Virus record (IMG/VR): IMGVR_UViG_3300030380_000295 | Coordinates: 1-54,166 of that record | From: a virus | Lineage: Duplodnaviria; Caudoviricetes | DNA: 54,166 nucleotides | Reading direction: 5' to 3' (one strand) | Part shown: positions 46,415 through 54,166 of the stretch, piece after piece | Position numbering within the stretch: the first letter of the stretch is position 1 | Layout of the letters: every line of letters begins with the position of its first letter | Translations under genes and position numbers: made by a program | The notes under the pieces: model-generated | Seen by the model: only the letters and a program-made list of their open reading frames with translations | Databases searched by the model: none | Told to the model about the DNA's origin: nothing

Positions 46415-46656
46415 TATTTAGCCTCGAAAAGCTTGTCAAGTTTCTCTTCTATTTTGTCTAACGTATCAAACACACGAGCCATATCATCTTTAACTTCTTG
46501 TTTAGTTACGTATTCTTTTGCCATTTCTTCTCTTGTTTTATTTAAAAGTATGTCGAGTCTTTTAATCTCTGATGTGTTTTCACGAATGCTGTAAAGGATG
46601 GGAGCTACAACTAATGTTAGAAATATATTCCATAACAACCATCCAGTAAGTTCCAT
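46414..46656 (-). CDS. Small membrane protein (TM plus coiled coil)
   Basis: 80 aa; W N..LT...AP, LLNKTREE.AKEYVTK, LDKIEEKLD. Confidence 0.7.
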   Translation of the reverse strand: MELTGWLLWNIFLTLVVAPILYSIRENTSEIKRLDILLNKTREEMAKEYVTKQEVKDDMARVFDTLDKIEEKLDKLFEAK

Positions 46657-46657
46657 T

Positions 46658-46975
46658 TTAGTTTGCTGCTATATAAGCTTTACCAGTTGTTACTGCACCA
46701 GTGTAAGATGATTTATCATCACTAGCACCTTTAACATCTGGAGTATCATCATTTGAATCAACAGGTTCGTAAGCTAGTATAGTTTCTAAGTGGTCAACAT
46801 TACGTTGTACCATTTCATTTATCTCGGCTTGTGACCAGTCACCTGCTACAGCGTTTCCGTCTGCGTCAGTTTTACCACCTGCATAAGGTGATTTATTACC
46901 ATTAGTATTAATGTCAGTAATAGCTGTTACGCTATCTGTTGCTGCTGTTAAACATTCTGCTACTGTTTGAGCCAT
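46658..46975 (-). CDS. Tail-fibre-associated hypothetical protein
   Basis: 105 aa, VQRNVDHLE motif; directly follows the repeat fibre gene. Confidence 0.65.
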   Translation of the reverse strand: MAQTVAECLTAATDSVTAITDINTNGNKSPYAGGKTDADGNAVAGDWSQAEINEMVQRNVDHLETILAYEPVDSNDDTPDVKGASDDKSSYTGAVTTGKAYIAAN

Positions 46976-46976
46976 A

Positions 46977-49265
46977 CTATTCTCCGTTTAATTTACTTTC
47001 TAATTCTTCGACTTTTGCCGAAAGTTCTTGTACTGCTTTAGTTAAAATTGGTATGAGTGCCGCCTCTGCAACTCTTTGTTGTCCTGTACTATCATCATCA
47101 TCCCACATACTAAATCCATTTTTAATATCACTATGTTTATCAATAGCTGCTTTAACTTCTTGTGCTATAAAACCATGTTGACTTTTTTCGCTTTTGTATA
47201 CCTCTGTAGAACCTTCTTCGTAACCTTTAAACTCTGTAGGTAAATCACCTTTATTTCTGTAATTAAAAGTTACAGGTCTTAAATCGTTTATAAAGTTTAT
47301 TCCTACTGTAGAATCTACAATATCTTTTTTAACTCTTTCATCCGAAACAGTAGCCCACGTTGCTACACCATGCTGTGCTCTTATGTCAGAAGTGTTATTG
47401 CCTAGAGTTGTGTAGCCGGGTGCACAATCAATGTTATATCCTAGTCCGTGTGCTTGATTACCTCCCGCAGTTGTAGAATCAGTATAAGCACCAATAAGTA
47501 TATTACCACTACCTGTTGTGAGATTATCTCCATAAGTTCCTGTACTATAACCAAGAAGAGTATTACCATTTCCAGTAGTTATTTCATTACCTGATAGACC
47601 ACCTACACATGTATTTGTATCACCTGTCGTGCAATCTTGTAAAGCTAAATGTCCATATGCTGTGTTATTAGAAGCTGTTGTGTTAGCTGATAAAGCACCA
47701 TAGCCCATTGCTGTGCAAGAGTTTCCTGTAGTATTAGCATCTAAGGCTAACCCACCTACAGCAGTATTATCACCACCTGTAGTGTTTGCCGACATAGCAT
47801 TGTAGCCAATTGCTGTATTGTAAGTTGCAGTTGTATTAGCATCTAAGGCATAAGCACCTACAGCAGTACATTGTGCTCCTGTAGTGTTTCCTAATAATGC
47901 TACATAACCTACAGCAACATTATTTGCTGCGGTTGTACTAGCACCAAGAGCCGACCTACCAAGAGCTGTGTTGTAATTACCAGTAGTATTAGCATCAAGT
48001 GAATTTGCACCATAAGCTACATTTTGTGTTCCTGTAGTATTAGCTACCATGGAATTTAAACCCATTGCGGTATTAGTGCTTCCAGTTGTAGTTACTTTAA
48101 GAGCCTGATGTCCTACTGCTGTATTGTTACTAACAGTAGAATCAGCTAATGCAAATGCCCCTACTGCAACATTTTGTGCTCCTGTTTGATTGTCTGTTAA
48201 AGCAGCATATCCTAAAGCAACATTATCATCCGCAGAAGTGTTTGCGTCTAAAGAATATGTTCCTACTGCTACATTTTGAGTTCCTGTAGTATTTGCTCCC
48301 AAAGCACTTGTTCCAACTGCTGTATTATTACTTGCAGTAGTGTTTGAATCTAAAGCCTCTTTACCAACTGCTGTATTGTTTGCTCCTGTCGTATTATTCT
48401 GTAAAGTTGCATATCCAACTCCAGTATTACTTGCTCCTGTAGTATTTACTTGTAAAGCTACTCTACCAACTGCTGTGTTAAAAGATGCGGTTGTGTTTGC
48501 ACTTAATGATGATGTACCTAAAGAAGTGTTATATGAACCAGTTGTATTAGCATCAAGAGCGTTTGAACCTATTGCTGTGTTTTGTGTTCCTGTAGTGTTT
48601 GCATATAAAGCTTGATAACCAACTGCTGTGTTGTAAGAAGCTGTGGTATTAGCACCTAAAGCATGAACACCTAATCCAACATTCTGTGCTCCAGTAGTAT
48701 TAGAATCTAAGGATAAACCTCCAACTGCTGTATTATCAGCACCTGTAGTGTTTGCTCCGAGTGCTGAGTAACCTATTCCTGTGCCATAACTTGCAGTAGT
48801 GTTTGCATCTAAAGCCGCATAGCCCGTAGCAGTATTTCCTGTTCCTGTAGTGTTTGCTGCTAAAGCACTTCTGCCAACTGCTACGTTGTAATTTGCTGTA
48901 GTGTTTGCTACTAAAGAATTAAATCCGAATGCTGTATTGTTCTCTCCTGTCGTATTTACTAATAAAGAGTTTAATCCTACAGCAGTATTATTTGATGCAG
49001 TAGTATTATCTCTTAAAGCATTCATTCCTACAGCAACATTCTGAGTGCCTGTGGTGTTTGCATATAAAGTTTGATAACCCACTGCAACATTATTATCACC
49101 AGTAGTCAAAGCTCCAAAAACCCTTACACCAACACCTGTATTATAATTAGCAGCATCTATAGTACCAGTCGCATCATTACCAATCATAATTGATGAAGTA
49201 CCAAAAGCTTTTGATGTCAGTGCTGCTGAATTTAATACTTCACTCGTTACTTTAGTTATTGCCAT
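46977..49265 (-). CDS. Tail fibre/spike with 14-aa repeats and an intramolecular chaperone (peptidase S74) domain
   Basis: More than 30 NTT(G/A)..NTAVG..AL repeats; SDERVKK, LRPVTF, GFIAQEV and a terminal coiled coil. Confidence 0.85.
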   Translation of the reverse strand: MAITKVTSEVLNSAALTSKAFGTSSIMIGNDATGTIDAANYNTGVGVRVFGALTTGDNNVAVGYQTLYANTTGTQNVAVGMNALRDNTTASNNTAVGLNSLLVNTTGENNTAFGFNSLVANTTANYNVAVGRSALAANTTGTGNTATGYAALDANTTASYGTGIGYSALGANTTGADNTAVGGLSLDSNTTGAQNVGLGVHALGANTTASYNTAVGYQALYANTTGTQNTAIGSNALDANTTGSYNTSLGTSSLSANTTASFNTAVGRVALQVNTTGASNTGVGYATLQNNTTGANNTAVGKEALDSNTTASNNTAVGTSALGANTTGTQNVAVGTYSLDANTSADDNVALGYAALTDNQTGAQNVAVGAFALADSTVSNNTAVGHQALKVTTTGSTNTAMGLNSMVANTTGTQNVAYGANSLDANTTGNYNTALGRSALGASTTAANNVAVGYVALLGNTTGAQCTAVGAYALDANTTATYNTAIGYNAMSANTTGGDNTAVGGLALDANTTGNSCTAMGYGALSANTTASNNTAYGHLALQDCTTGDTNTCVGGLSGNEITTGNGNTLLGYSTGTYGDNLTTGSGNILIGAYTDSTTAGGNQAHGLGYNIDCAPGYTTLGNNTSDIRAQHGVATWATVSDERVKKDIVDSTVGINFINDLRPVTFNYRNKGDLPTEFKGYEEGSTEVYKSEKSQHGFIAQEVKAAIDKHSDIKNGFSMWDDDDSTGQQRVAEAALIPILTKAVQELSAKVEELESKLNGE

Positions 49266-49289
49266 GTCTTTATCTCTCTATAAAAATTT

Positions 49290-49634
49290 TTAACCGATTG
49301 TTTTTTGTACGCTTGTTGGTGTTATCTTCTCAGCTATCTCTGCATCCAAACCTGCTTTCAAAGCTGTAACAGTATCAGCAGTCAAAGCAGCCTCTACCCA
49401 ACCTTGTACTTTAGCAGCATCAAGACTTCCAAAGGCTACGAAGCTAGAGATACTATCTGTATCTAAACCTTGGCTTCCGTAGCTTGTAGCTGTCCAGTTG
49501 TTACCATCTGAGTCTTTGTTAGTGCCATCAGTTGCTGTTAGTCTCCAATGTACGTTATAAACGACATCACTATTGCTGTCTTTAGTTGGGTATGTATCGA
49601 CAGTACTTACATCCCATGCATATGAAATTGCCAT
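49290..49634 (-). CDS. Tail fibre accessory/chaperone-like protein
   Basis: 114 aa; W.V, DVVYNVHWR and V.GWV motifs typical of fibre-adjacent genes. Confidence 0.6.
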   Translation of the reverse strand: MAISYAWDVSTVDTYPTKDSNSDVVYNVHWRLTATDGTNKDSDGNNWTATSYGSQGLDTDSISSFVAFGSLDAAKVQGWVEAALTADTVTALKAGLDAEIAEKITPTSVQKTIG

Positions 49635-49650
49635 TTTTTATTCTCCTAGT

Positions 49651-49941
49651 TTATAATGTAGCTGCTTCATTAGCAGTCTTTTTCGCAGCTTTGACAGAAT
49701 CTGTCCATACTACATTTGCTATTGCTTGTACTTCAGCAGATTCACCAGATACATCTGTGTCTGTATGTGTCCACGAACTTCCATCATGTGATGATGTAAC
49801 ACATGAAACTACGTGTCTACTAAAAGACCTAGTTAGCTCTACTCCATCTTCTTTGATAACTGTAGCTGTACGAACTTGTATATCTTTACCTGTTCCTACT
49901 ATTTCTATTTTATCTTCTTCTGTTGTTTTTGTTATTGCCAT
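49651..49941 (-). CDS. Tail fibre accessory protein
   Basis: IQVRTATVIKEDGVELTRSFSRHV and EVQAIA..VWT..VK.A motifs. Confidence 0.65.
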   Translation of the reverse strand: MAITKTTEEDKIEIVGTGKDIQVRTATVIKEDGVELTRSFSRHVVSCVTSSHDGSSWTHTDTDVSGESAEVQAIANVVWTDSVKAAKKTANEAATL

Positions 49942-49952
49942 TTTTAATACTC

Positions 49953-51140
49953 CTAATTACTTTGATAAACTGCGTTAAATATAACCCTTACACCTGACAC
50001 ATTTGCATAAGAAAGATTAGATAGTTTATTGGTTGCTCTAAAATATACAGATGATTCTAAATTTAGTGACATATCAGTGTATGAACTATTTGTGTGAAAG
50101 CTTATTGTACCACCACCATAATTGGTTACATTACTAGCAAAAGGCAAACTCATATAGAAAGTTGAACCACTTGATGATGACGCAATAGTTACATCAGCAC
50201 TAACAAAGACCAATCTTCCTATTTTGGTGTAAGAAGCATATTGAATAGTTAAACCAACTCCACTTGTAGGTGTCCAAGTACCTTCTTCATAATCGTCAAG
50301 TGCGTTAGCTGCTGCTGTGTCTCCGTTGAAGGTAAGACCACCACCTGCGAGCATACGAAATTCTTCTGTTCCTCCATCTGCAAATATTAAATCTCCTGTA
50401 TTATAATTTGGGTGTATAGACCATTCATTTGAATTAGCTGTATTTGTTAAGGTTACTTTTGCTGCTGTATTGTTTGCACCTGATAAATGAAAACCACTAC
50501 TAGGACTCGCAGTTCCTATGCCTACGTTTCCACCTTGAGGGTTTATTGCAAAAGAACGATTTACAGAGTAATCAGTAGGTTTTTTACATTGTAAATAGCC
50601 TGCGTAGTCATTAGCTGATGCATTAATGATACCCATAAGTATCTCATTGCCTGTCCACGTTCTATCATAATATCCAAGTCGTAAAAAGCCTTGAGGTGTA
50701 GTTCCCGAAGTTCCGGGAAGTGCCATAACACTAGCAGTTCCAGAGACATCTAAATCTAATGTGGGAGCAGATGTTCCTATACCTACGTTTCCAGAGGAAT
50801 CGATACGCATGGCTTCAGCATTATTACCTGTGGATAATGTTAAAGCTTTATTAGCAGGTTCATACTCAATAGCACATTCAACATCATCATCTACATCACC
50901 AAACAATATTCCAGAGTTTTGGTCTGCATCTGTTTTAAATTGCATGAACACTCTATCACCTGTTCTCTGCAGTCTGAGCATTGAATCAGAGTTAAATGAA
51001 TCTCCTGAATCTGTACCTACAAGTAGATTACCGCTTCCAATTGAAACATTCTCAGAACTATCAATAGTTATAGCAGTCGCATTAGACCCGTCAACAATCC
51101 CCGGAGTGCTTGAAAGTTCTACTGGTATTTTAGTTGTCAT
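49953..51140 (-). CDS. Secondary tail fibre / receptor-binding protein
   Basis: MRIDSSGNVGIGT modules and ANALDDYEEGTWTP....YTKIGRLV C-terminal head. Confidence 0.8.
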   Translation of the reverse strand: MTTKIPVELSSTPGIVDGSNATAITIDSSENVSIGSGNLLVGTDSGDSFNSDSMLRLQRTGDRVFMQFKTDADQNSGILFGDVDDDVECAIEYEPANKALTLSTGNNAEAMRIDSSGNVGIGTSAPTLDLDVSGTASVMALPGTSGTTPQGFLRLGYYDRTWTGNEILMGIINASANDYAGYLQCKKPTDYSVNRSFAINPQGGNVGIGTASPSSGFHLSGANNTAAKVTLTNTANSNEWSIHPNYNTGDLIFADGGTEEFRMLAGGGLTFNGDTAAANALDDYEEGTWTPTSGVGLTIQYASYTKIGRLVFVSADVTIASSSSGSTFYMSLPFASNVTNYGGGTISFHTNSSYTDMSLNLESSVYFRATNKLSNLSYANVSGVRVIFNAVYQSN

Positions 51141-51144
51141 ATCT

Positions 51145-51334
51145 TTATCCCTCTAGAGTTTCTATTCTAGCTTTTAATTCTTCTATTATTGTTTGTTGTT
51201 CTTTCATACCTGCTACTAAGTGAGTTACAAGTTTGCTGTAATCCATTTGATAATACTCTTCTTCTGAACCTGATACTGCATTTGGTACTACATCTAATAC
51301 TTCTTGTGCTATCAAACCTTCATCAGCTTTACCA
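51145..51334 (-). pseudogene. Out-of-frame C-terminal remnant of the S74 chaperone domain of the main tail fibre
   Basis: GKADEGLIAQEV...MDYSKLVTHLV..MKEQQ..IEELKARI is the S74 C-terminus; the SD.RLK start of the domain is missing. Confidence 0.7.
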
Positions 51335-54166
51335 AGCAGTTGCACTACTTGAAGTTGAAATGCTTCCTACTTCACCATTACCATTAAAAAATAATTTATG
51401 TTTTCTTGTGCTTGTTGAGACTACACCAGAATACATTTGATAGTCTTGAATAGATGAACCTTGTACCGATGCACTTGGAGTAGCAGTACAAGCTATATGA
51501 ACACTACCATAAGTATCAATATTTAATCTACTTGTGCTACCACCTGAACCTAATGACAATGTATCAGTGCCATGGTCGTAACCTACAGAACCACGATAGG
51601 CTGCTGAACCAGAAGTACCATCCGCAAACATTAGATAAGACTTGTGAGAGCCGTGTGAAGAAGCAATCGTTATACCGCCTTCATCATCTGAACCTACAAC
51701 TAAGTTATCTGAATAGTAACCTGTAGGGTCTGTATTGTTTATGCCTACTTTTCCATTAACATCAATACGCATTCTTTCTGTGGTGTTAGTTCTAAATGCC
51801 ATGTGATTATCAGCATGGTCATAGCTAATTCTACCTATGTCGTTATCAGAAGCATCGCCAAAATCAATAAAACTAGCAGCTCCGTCTGCAACATTAAATC
51901 TTAATCCGTCTTCATCGGCATGAGAGATATTAACTTTCATGTTTGGACTCGTAGTTCCTATACCTACGTTCCCTGAAGAATCAATACGCATTCTTTCTGC
52001 ACCAGAATTAGTATGAAAACTCATGTAATTAGATGCGTGACTGTAGACTAAACCACCTTCGTATTGTTGAGTTGTGGTTGTTCCGTCTGCAAAGTTAATA
52101 GAGCCTTGAGCACTTGAGCCTGAATAAACAGTTAAACCTGCGGAATTACTGCCTGAACCAACTACTAAATGCGGTGCATTAACTCTTTGGTCAAAAGAAG
52201 AAGGACTAGAAGTTCCTATGCCTACTCCTGTACCATTTATAACAAGTTGATTAGAGTTATTTATACCAAATAAATGACTGCTTCCTGTTGGTACATTATA
52301 AAACCAAGTACCTGCTGTACCGTCACCACCAATCCATCTATCTCCTGCTGAACCTGTATTGCCACTTGTACCCTCTACAGCTAAATATCCTGTTGCTTCT
52401 ACAATGCCTGTAACATCTAAACCTGTAGAATCTATAACAACTCTTTCAGTACCACCGGTATCAAAACGTATCTTATCTTCGTCAGTGCTTTCTTCTACCT
52501 GTATCTTTGTATCACTATCTGAATCTTTTAGTTCAATAGTAGCTACAGTAGTATTAGTAAATGTTGTACATTCTACTTTAGTTCCTGTTGGAGGAGCTTC
52601 ACTAAATGTTAGTGTGCTACCAGAAACTGCATATGTATCTTTGTGTTGGAATACACCATCAATAGTTACAAAGGTTGCATTCTCATTAGAAGGTGAAACA
52701 CTTAAAGCTAGTGTAGTATCTGAACCATCACCAGTCATAGTATCGACTGTTGGTGCAGTTCCTACAACTCCCACTTCCATAATGTAAGCAACTACTTTAT
52801 TACCATTAGCAGGGGCTGTACCAAATGTTAATGTTGTGCCGGATAAAGTGTAAGAGTCTTGTCTTTGGAATACACCTTCATTAAATATAATTAATCTGTC
52901 TTCATTGTTTGCAGAAATAGTTTTAGATAGTGTAAATGCAGTTGTGCTACCATCACCTGTAAACTCATCTCTTACAAATGATGATGAGCTTCCACCACTA
53001 CCACCTGAACCTGCAATAGCTCCCCACTCACTTGTATAGCCTTCAAACTGTGATGTACTTGTATTGTATCTAAATAGACCTTCTGCAGCAGTTGGTCGTT
53101 GTGCTGTTGTACCTTTAGGTATTAATATAGCATCTGTATTAGACCCCGCATCTATAGAAACTGTTGGTGTAGTTTGATTAATACCAATTCTATTTGTACT
53201 TACGTCTGCAAATAATACTCCGCTATCTACGTTTAAGTCTCCAGAGAAAGTACCTGTTGTAGCGGACACAGCACCTGAAAATGTTCCTGTAGTTGCTGTA
53301 ATACCTGCAGTTACTAAATTAGCAGCAGCGTATCCAGTTGCTCCAGTATTTACTGTAGTACCGGGAACTGTCTGTGTATCTGTAAATAATCTAAATGTAT
53401 TGTCAGTAGAAGCATCAAAGAATAAACCTGCAAATTTAGTTGTACTTGATTCTACATACTTACCGTAGAAACCAAAGTCACTAGAGTTGCCTGTGTTCTC
53501 GTCTAATAGACCTGTGAAGTTAGAGTCACTAACTACTGAACCTGTTTGTGTTGTTGTTCCTGTAACTGATAAATTACCTGCTACTGTCAAGTTATTTGCT
53601 ATTGTAATATCATTAGCTAACTTATCACCTGTAACTTGGTCATCTGCAATGTGTACTGTATCAATAGCTCCATCTGCAATCTGAGCAGAATCAATAGCAT
53701 CGTCTGCCATCATAGAGTTTACTATGACATCGTTACCTATAACTAAGTCAATAGTACCATCACCATCTTCATATGTAGCTGCAATACCAGTTTCAGTATT
53801 ACTTGAGAACATAGCACCGACAGTATCTTGTACAACTTCGGTTAAATCAATATTTGCTGAACCATCAAAGGATACACCATGTATAGTTCTAGGAGTTGTT
53901 AAAGTAGCTGCTGAACCTGTAATATTACTTGATGTTAAAGCAATAGTACCTGTAGTTGAAGGAAGTGTAGCAACAATGTCACCACTAAATGCACTATGAG
54001 CAGGAGCTTGTAATCTTGCTTTGTGAGCATTACTAGATTCACAATAGAAGTCTACATAAGATTGTGTGCCACCATTCTTAATAGATATAGCACCTTGAGA
54101 AATACTAACTCCATCTGAACCACCAAAGGTAGCTGTACCTGTTACTGCAGGTGAAGAAATAGTAGG
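51329..54166 (-). CDS. Main tail fibre, C-terminal part (continuation of 1513..1)
   Basis: The frame is open from 54166 through the track ORF 51329..53812; GDGSTT.F.L Ig-like repeats and ERMRID.SG.VGIGT modules. Confidence 0.85.
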   Translation of the reverse strand, partial: PTISSPAVTGTATFGGSDGVSISQGAISIKNGGTQSYVDFYCESSNAHKARLQAPAHSAFSGDIVATLPSTTGTIALTSSNITGSAATLTTPRTIHGVSFDGSANIDLTEVVQDTVGAMFSSNTETGIAATYEDGDGTIDLVIGNDVIVNSMMADDAIDSAQIADGAIDTVHIADDQVTGDKLANDITIANNLTVAGNLSVTGTTTQTGSVVSDSNFTGLLDENTGNSSDFGFYGKYVESSTTKFAGLFFDASTDNTFRLFTDTQTVPGTTVNTGATGYAAANLVTAGITATTGTFSGAVSATTGTFSGDLNVDSGVLFADVSTNRIGINQTTPTVSIDAGSNTDAILIPKGTTAQRPTAAEGLFRYNTSTSQFEGYTSEWGAIAGSGGSGGSSSSFVRDEFTGDGSTTAFTLSKTISANNEDRLIIFNEGVFQRQDSYTLSGTTLTFGTAPANGNKVVAYIMEVGVVGTAPTVDTMTGDGSDTTLALSVSPSNENATFVTIDGVFQHKDTYAVSGSTLTFSEAPPTGTKVECTTFTNTTVATIELKDSDSDTKIQVEESTDEDKIRFDTGGTERVVIDSTGLDVTGIVEATGYLAVEGTSGNTGSAGDRWIGGDGTAGTWFYNVPTGSSHLFGINNSNQLVINGTGVGIGTSSPSSFDQRVNAPHLVVGSGSNSAGLTVYSGSSAQGSINFADGTTTTQQYEGGLVYSHASNYMSFHTNSGAERMRIDSSGNVGIGTTSPNMKVNISHADEDGLRFNVADGAASFIDFGDASDNDIGRISYDHADNHMAFRTNTTERMRIDVNGKVGINNTDPTGYYSDNLVVGSDDEGGITIASSHGSHKSYLMFADGTSGSAAYRGSVGYDHGTDTLSLGSGGSTSRLNIDTYGSVHIACTATPSASVQGSSIQDYQMYSGVVSTSTRKHKLFFNGNGEVGSISTSSSATAW
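54067..54166. repeat. Second copy of the terminal 100-bp repeat
   Basis: 99 of 100 bases identical to 1-100. Confidence 0.95.

Noticed and set aside
46977-54166. Diversity-generating retroelement acting on tail fibres
   Set aside because: No reverse transcriptase and no template/variable repeat pair differing only at adenines.

Overview
This AT-rich window looks like an essentially complete, circularly permuted genome of a marine podovirus-type tailed phage. Bases 1-100 recur at 54067-54166 with one synonymous mismatch. The + arm (about 13.9-29.4 kb) holds early genes behind sigma70-type promoters, a T7-like replisome (SSB, primase-helicase, family A polymerase, two PD-(D/E)XK nucleases) and class I nrdA/nrdB; I find no RNA polymerase or integrase. 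The - arm holds terS, iscU, terL, portal, scaffold, major capsid, tail adaptor/nozzle, a tail fibre gene that crosses the window ends, further fibres, large internal virion proteins, holin-like genes and a csgF-csgG-curlin-like-FecR-CHASE2 adenylate cyclase operon. The host is probably a marine proteobacterium, possibly SAR86-like; that is inference from iscU and the csg/FecR/TonB-like genes. The most unusual signals are: (1) a ~1.35 kb imperfect inverted repeat (about 13195-14563) whose non-coding left arm base-pairs with the first two early genes and their ribosome-binding sites; (2) an adjacent array of six DnaA-box-like 9-mers spaced 11 bp apart; (3) the curli-pore/FecR/adenylate cyclase module; (4) structured RNA leaders before ssb and the scaffold gene; (5) an R-x-x-[FYMK]-x-x-GG motif shared by several late proteins. 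All calls come from reading the sequence and recognising motifs; no searches or folding programs were run.
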